This document shows, piece after piece, positions 61,935-64,000 of a stretch of 64,000 nucleotides of DNA (position 1 is the stretch's first letter; each line of letters opens with the position of its first letter). This stretch comes from an uncultured candidate division Zixibacteria bacterium. GTDB lineage: Bacteria > Zixibacteria > MSB-5A5 > GN15 > FEB-12. A program made the position numbers and the translations under genes. The notes below the pieces were generated by a model, which did not search any database, was not told the DNA's origin, and worked only from the letters and a program-made list of their open reading frames with translations. The stretch is from assembly GCA_963806185.1 (NCBI GenBank), contig CAWDXE010000006.1, forward strand, positions 96,001 through 160,000, in the 5' to 3' direction.

Positions 61935-62513
61935 CTATTCACCTACTAAGTCGAAATGCCCCAGAATTGGCTCCAAACGGCAGGGAGCACCATCTATTAT
62001 TACCGAGCTATCAAGTAATACTGTGACTTCTTGACCTGAAGTTCCCGATGAGGGTGTCCAATCGAAAGGCAGCAGGGTGTCTGAGAAAACAGCGGTACTC
62101 CAAATTTCAATCACAGGTCGACCGGAACGGCGCACGGCGCTTCCAACCAACCTCACGTCCTGCCCGTTGTACAGAACCCGTATGTACTGCGGCAGGATGT
62201 CGAGCTTCGTAGCTCTGCTCTCCGGATAGGCGACGAACGTCACCTCCAGCGAATAGGATTTCTCTCCGTTCCGGTGTGACGGCCTGCTGACAGCAACCAA
62301 AAAGCACACCTTAGGGCTCGGGATAACTCTGCTCAGCACTGCCACCGTGCTATCGGTTGCCTCAAGCCATACGATATCTTCCCGTCTTCGGTCATAGATG
62401 TACGGATCCATTGTTGCCATATTGGGCCGAGCACAGCCAACGTTGGAGACAACAACACCCAATATGATTGTTGCACCCGCAAGCAGCTTACCCAGATGAT
62501 CTTGAAGTGACAT
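61935..62513 (-). CDS. Hypothetical protein, possible lipoprotein
   Basis: Hydrophobic N-terminus ending NVGC; AT-richer codons. Confidence 0.55.
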   Translation of the reverse strand: MSLQDHLGKLLAGATIILGVVVSNVGCARPNMATMDPYIYDRRREDIVWLEATDSTVAVLSRVIPSPKVCFLVAVSRPSHRNGEKSYSLEVTFVAYPESRATKLDILPQYIRVLYNGQDVRLVGSAVRRSGRPVIEIWSTAVFSDTLLPFDWTPSSGTSGQEVTVLLDSSVIIDGAPCRLEPILGHFDLVGE

Positions 62514-62703
62514 ACTTCTGCAGCAGCGTAATCTGAAGCTTTCCCTTTTACAACATCGCTCGTCCCATCCGCTCTGTCAATAGGCGAGGGGGCTGGGCTT
62601 CTCGATCGATGGAAGCGGTCTGGTCTGTTGGAATGCATTCGTCAATGGCTGCCTCTCGTTCGCGCACAGAGCGTGTGCGAGCGGTCAAGAAAAGAGAACT
62701 GAG

Positions 62704-63345
62704 AGATCGCCACGGCCCGAAGCGGGCCTCGCGATGACAGGTGAGTGGATTTGGTGCACCAAGGCGTGGCGCACGAGACGTACGCCAGCCACTGACAGTA
62801 ATTGTCAGAAATTGGCAGTGGGCGGGTGGTGAGTGTCAGATTGTGTCAGGGGAAGGGGTGAGTGAGGCGACGAGGAGGAGAAGAGGGGGCTGGCGCACGA
62901 GACGTACGCCAGCCAGTGTCAGAAAATGTCAGAAATTGGCAGTGAGCGGGTGGTGAGTGTCAGATTGTGTCAGGGGGAGGGTGCGTGAGGCGACGAGGAG
63001 GAGAAGAGGGGGCTGGCGCACGAGACGTACGCCAGCCACTAGATCTACCCTGCAAACTGAAAGATCGCCACGGCCCGAAGCGGGCCTCGCGATGACATTT
63101 CTTAGGGGGCGGGATCCGCGGAGACAGTGACGAAGGATTCTCACGATAAGAGTGGATCGGTGCGGGACGAGGGATTTGAGGTTGCTTCGTCGCTACGCTC
63201 CTCGCAATGAGTGGTGGGAGGGGTAGTGCCGCACTGTGTCAAGCGCGCGCACTGCGATGACAGGTGCTTGGGGCGGGCAACGCGATGACAGCTCAGTGGA
63301 TTGAGTGTACCTAGGTGTGGCGCACGAGAACGTACGCCACGCACA
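62704..63345. repeat. REP mosaic with about 124-bp tandem duplication flanked by identical 36-bp direct repeats
   Basis: TGGCGCACGAGACGTACGCCAGCC at 62767, 62891, 63014; AGATCGCCACGGCCCGAAGCGGGCCTCGCGATGACA at 62704 and 63062. Confidence 0.9.
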
Positions 63346-63358
63346 GTGACTAGCGTCT

Positions 63359-63802
63359 CTATTTCGAGGTCAGCTTTTCCGGCGTCTTTTCGTCGGACAA
63401 CAATTCCTTGTGGGTCGCGCCCCGTTCCATCTTCTGCTTCTCCAGCGACCACACGGTCTCGACACCGTCGATGACATACTTCTGTACGTCGATCGTCCGC
63501 GCGCCCCGATCGTAGAGGCCGGTCACGGTGATCTTGAAGTCGGTCCGTCCGCCACCCTTCACCAGGTCGACCGAGTGGTCGTTGCGAAGGAAACGGATAA
63601 AGGTACCGTCGGTGAGCTTCACCCCGTAATCGTGGCCGAACGTGTCGCACTGCGCGTGCATGGCGAAGGCTTTCTGCATTTCGCAGGCGATACAGGTATA
63701 GGTGCCGGTGATGGTCCGTGTGCGATTGGCCGTCTGGCCGAGGACGCTGGCGGCGGCGATCAACAGCATAGCTGCGATCACCAGTAATTGGCGCTGTTTC
63801 AT
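63359..63802 (-). CDS. Small secreted protein with CxxC..HxxC..H motif
   Basis: Signal peptide MKQRQLLVIAAMLLIAAASVLG; TCIACEM..HAQC..GHDYG; GGAG RBS. Confidence 0.75.
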   Translation of the reverse strand: MKQRQLLVIAAMLLIAAASVLGQTANRTRTITGTYTCIACEMQKAFAMHAQCDTFGHDYGVKLTDGTFIRFLRNDHSVDLVKGGGRTDFKITVTGLYDRGARTIDVQKYVIDGVETVWSLEKQKMERGATHKELLSDEKTPEKLTSK

Positions 63803-64000
63803 AGGCGGCGACTCCGTAAGATATGAGGTTGTTCGTTGATATGGACTTCGTGAATCTACGATCATCTCGTTAGCGAGGCAAGCAGAATCCGATTGAAAAA
63901 TCTACTTGTGATGGGGCGGGGGTCGGGGGGTAATCGGGGTATCGTCGTGTTTTGTAAGTAGTTGGTAATAAGTGGATTAAACGGCCAACGGGGGAACGGA

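Noticed and set aside
62767..63040. CRISPR-like repeat-spacer array
   Set aside because: The spacers are near-identical to each other and the repeat is a dispersed REP.

Overview
GC-rich bacterial chromosomal window. Dockerin-type duplicated motifs and FlgD/T9SS-like C-terminal tails suggest a Zixibacteria-like/FCB-group organism (inference). Housekeeping genes include thyX, an M32 carboxypeptidase, PMM/PGM, PNP, a SufS-like enzyme, yggS-divIVA, pruA, mntH-USP and tRNA-Glu. They alternate with large secreted proteins, a sigma-54 two-component module and orphan secreted genes. Many intergenic gaps hold mosaics of several palindromic REP-like families. Two candidate mobilisers are present: a RAYT transposase and a small GIY-YIG nuclease, each flanked by inverted hairpin repeats. 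Best leads: (1) an AT-richer two-gene island with a small possibly capsid-fold protein and an Mrr-like nuclease fused to a long helical domain, a candidate defence system; (2) the GIY-YIG element and a recurring pattern of tandem half-repeats followed by a full hairpin; (3) a cohesin-like scaffold plus dockerin-bearing proteases; (4) an array of five Rex/CRP-like boxes; (5) a secreted peptide-like gene overlapping a truncated TPR-like gene. Several genes carry single-base frameshifts that are probably assembly errors. All calls come from motif reading by eye; no searches were run.
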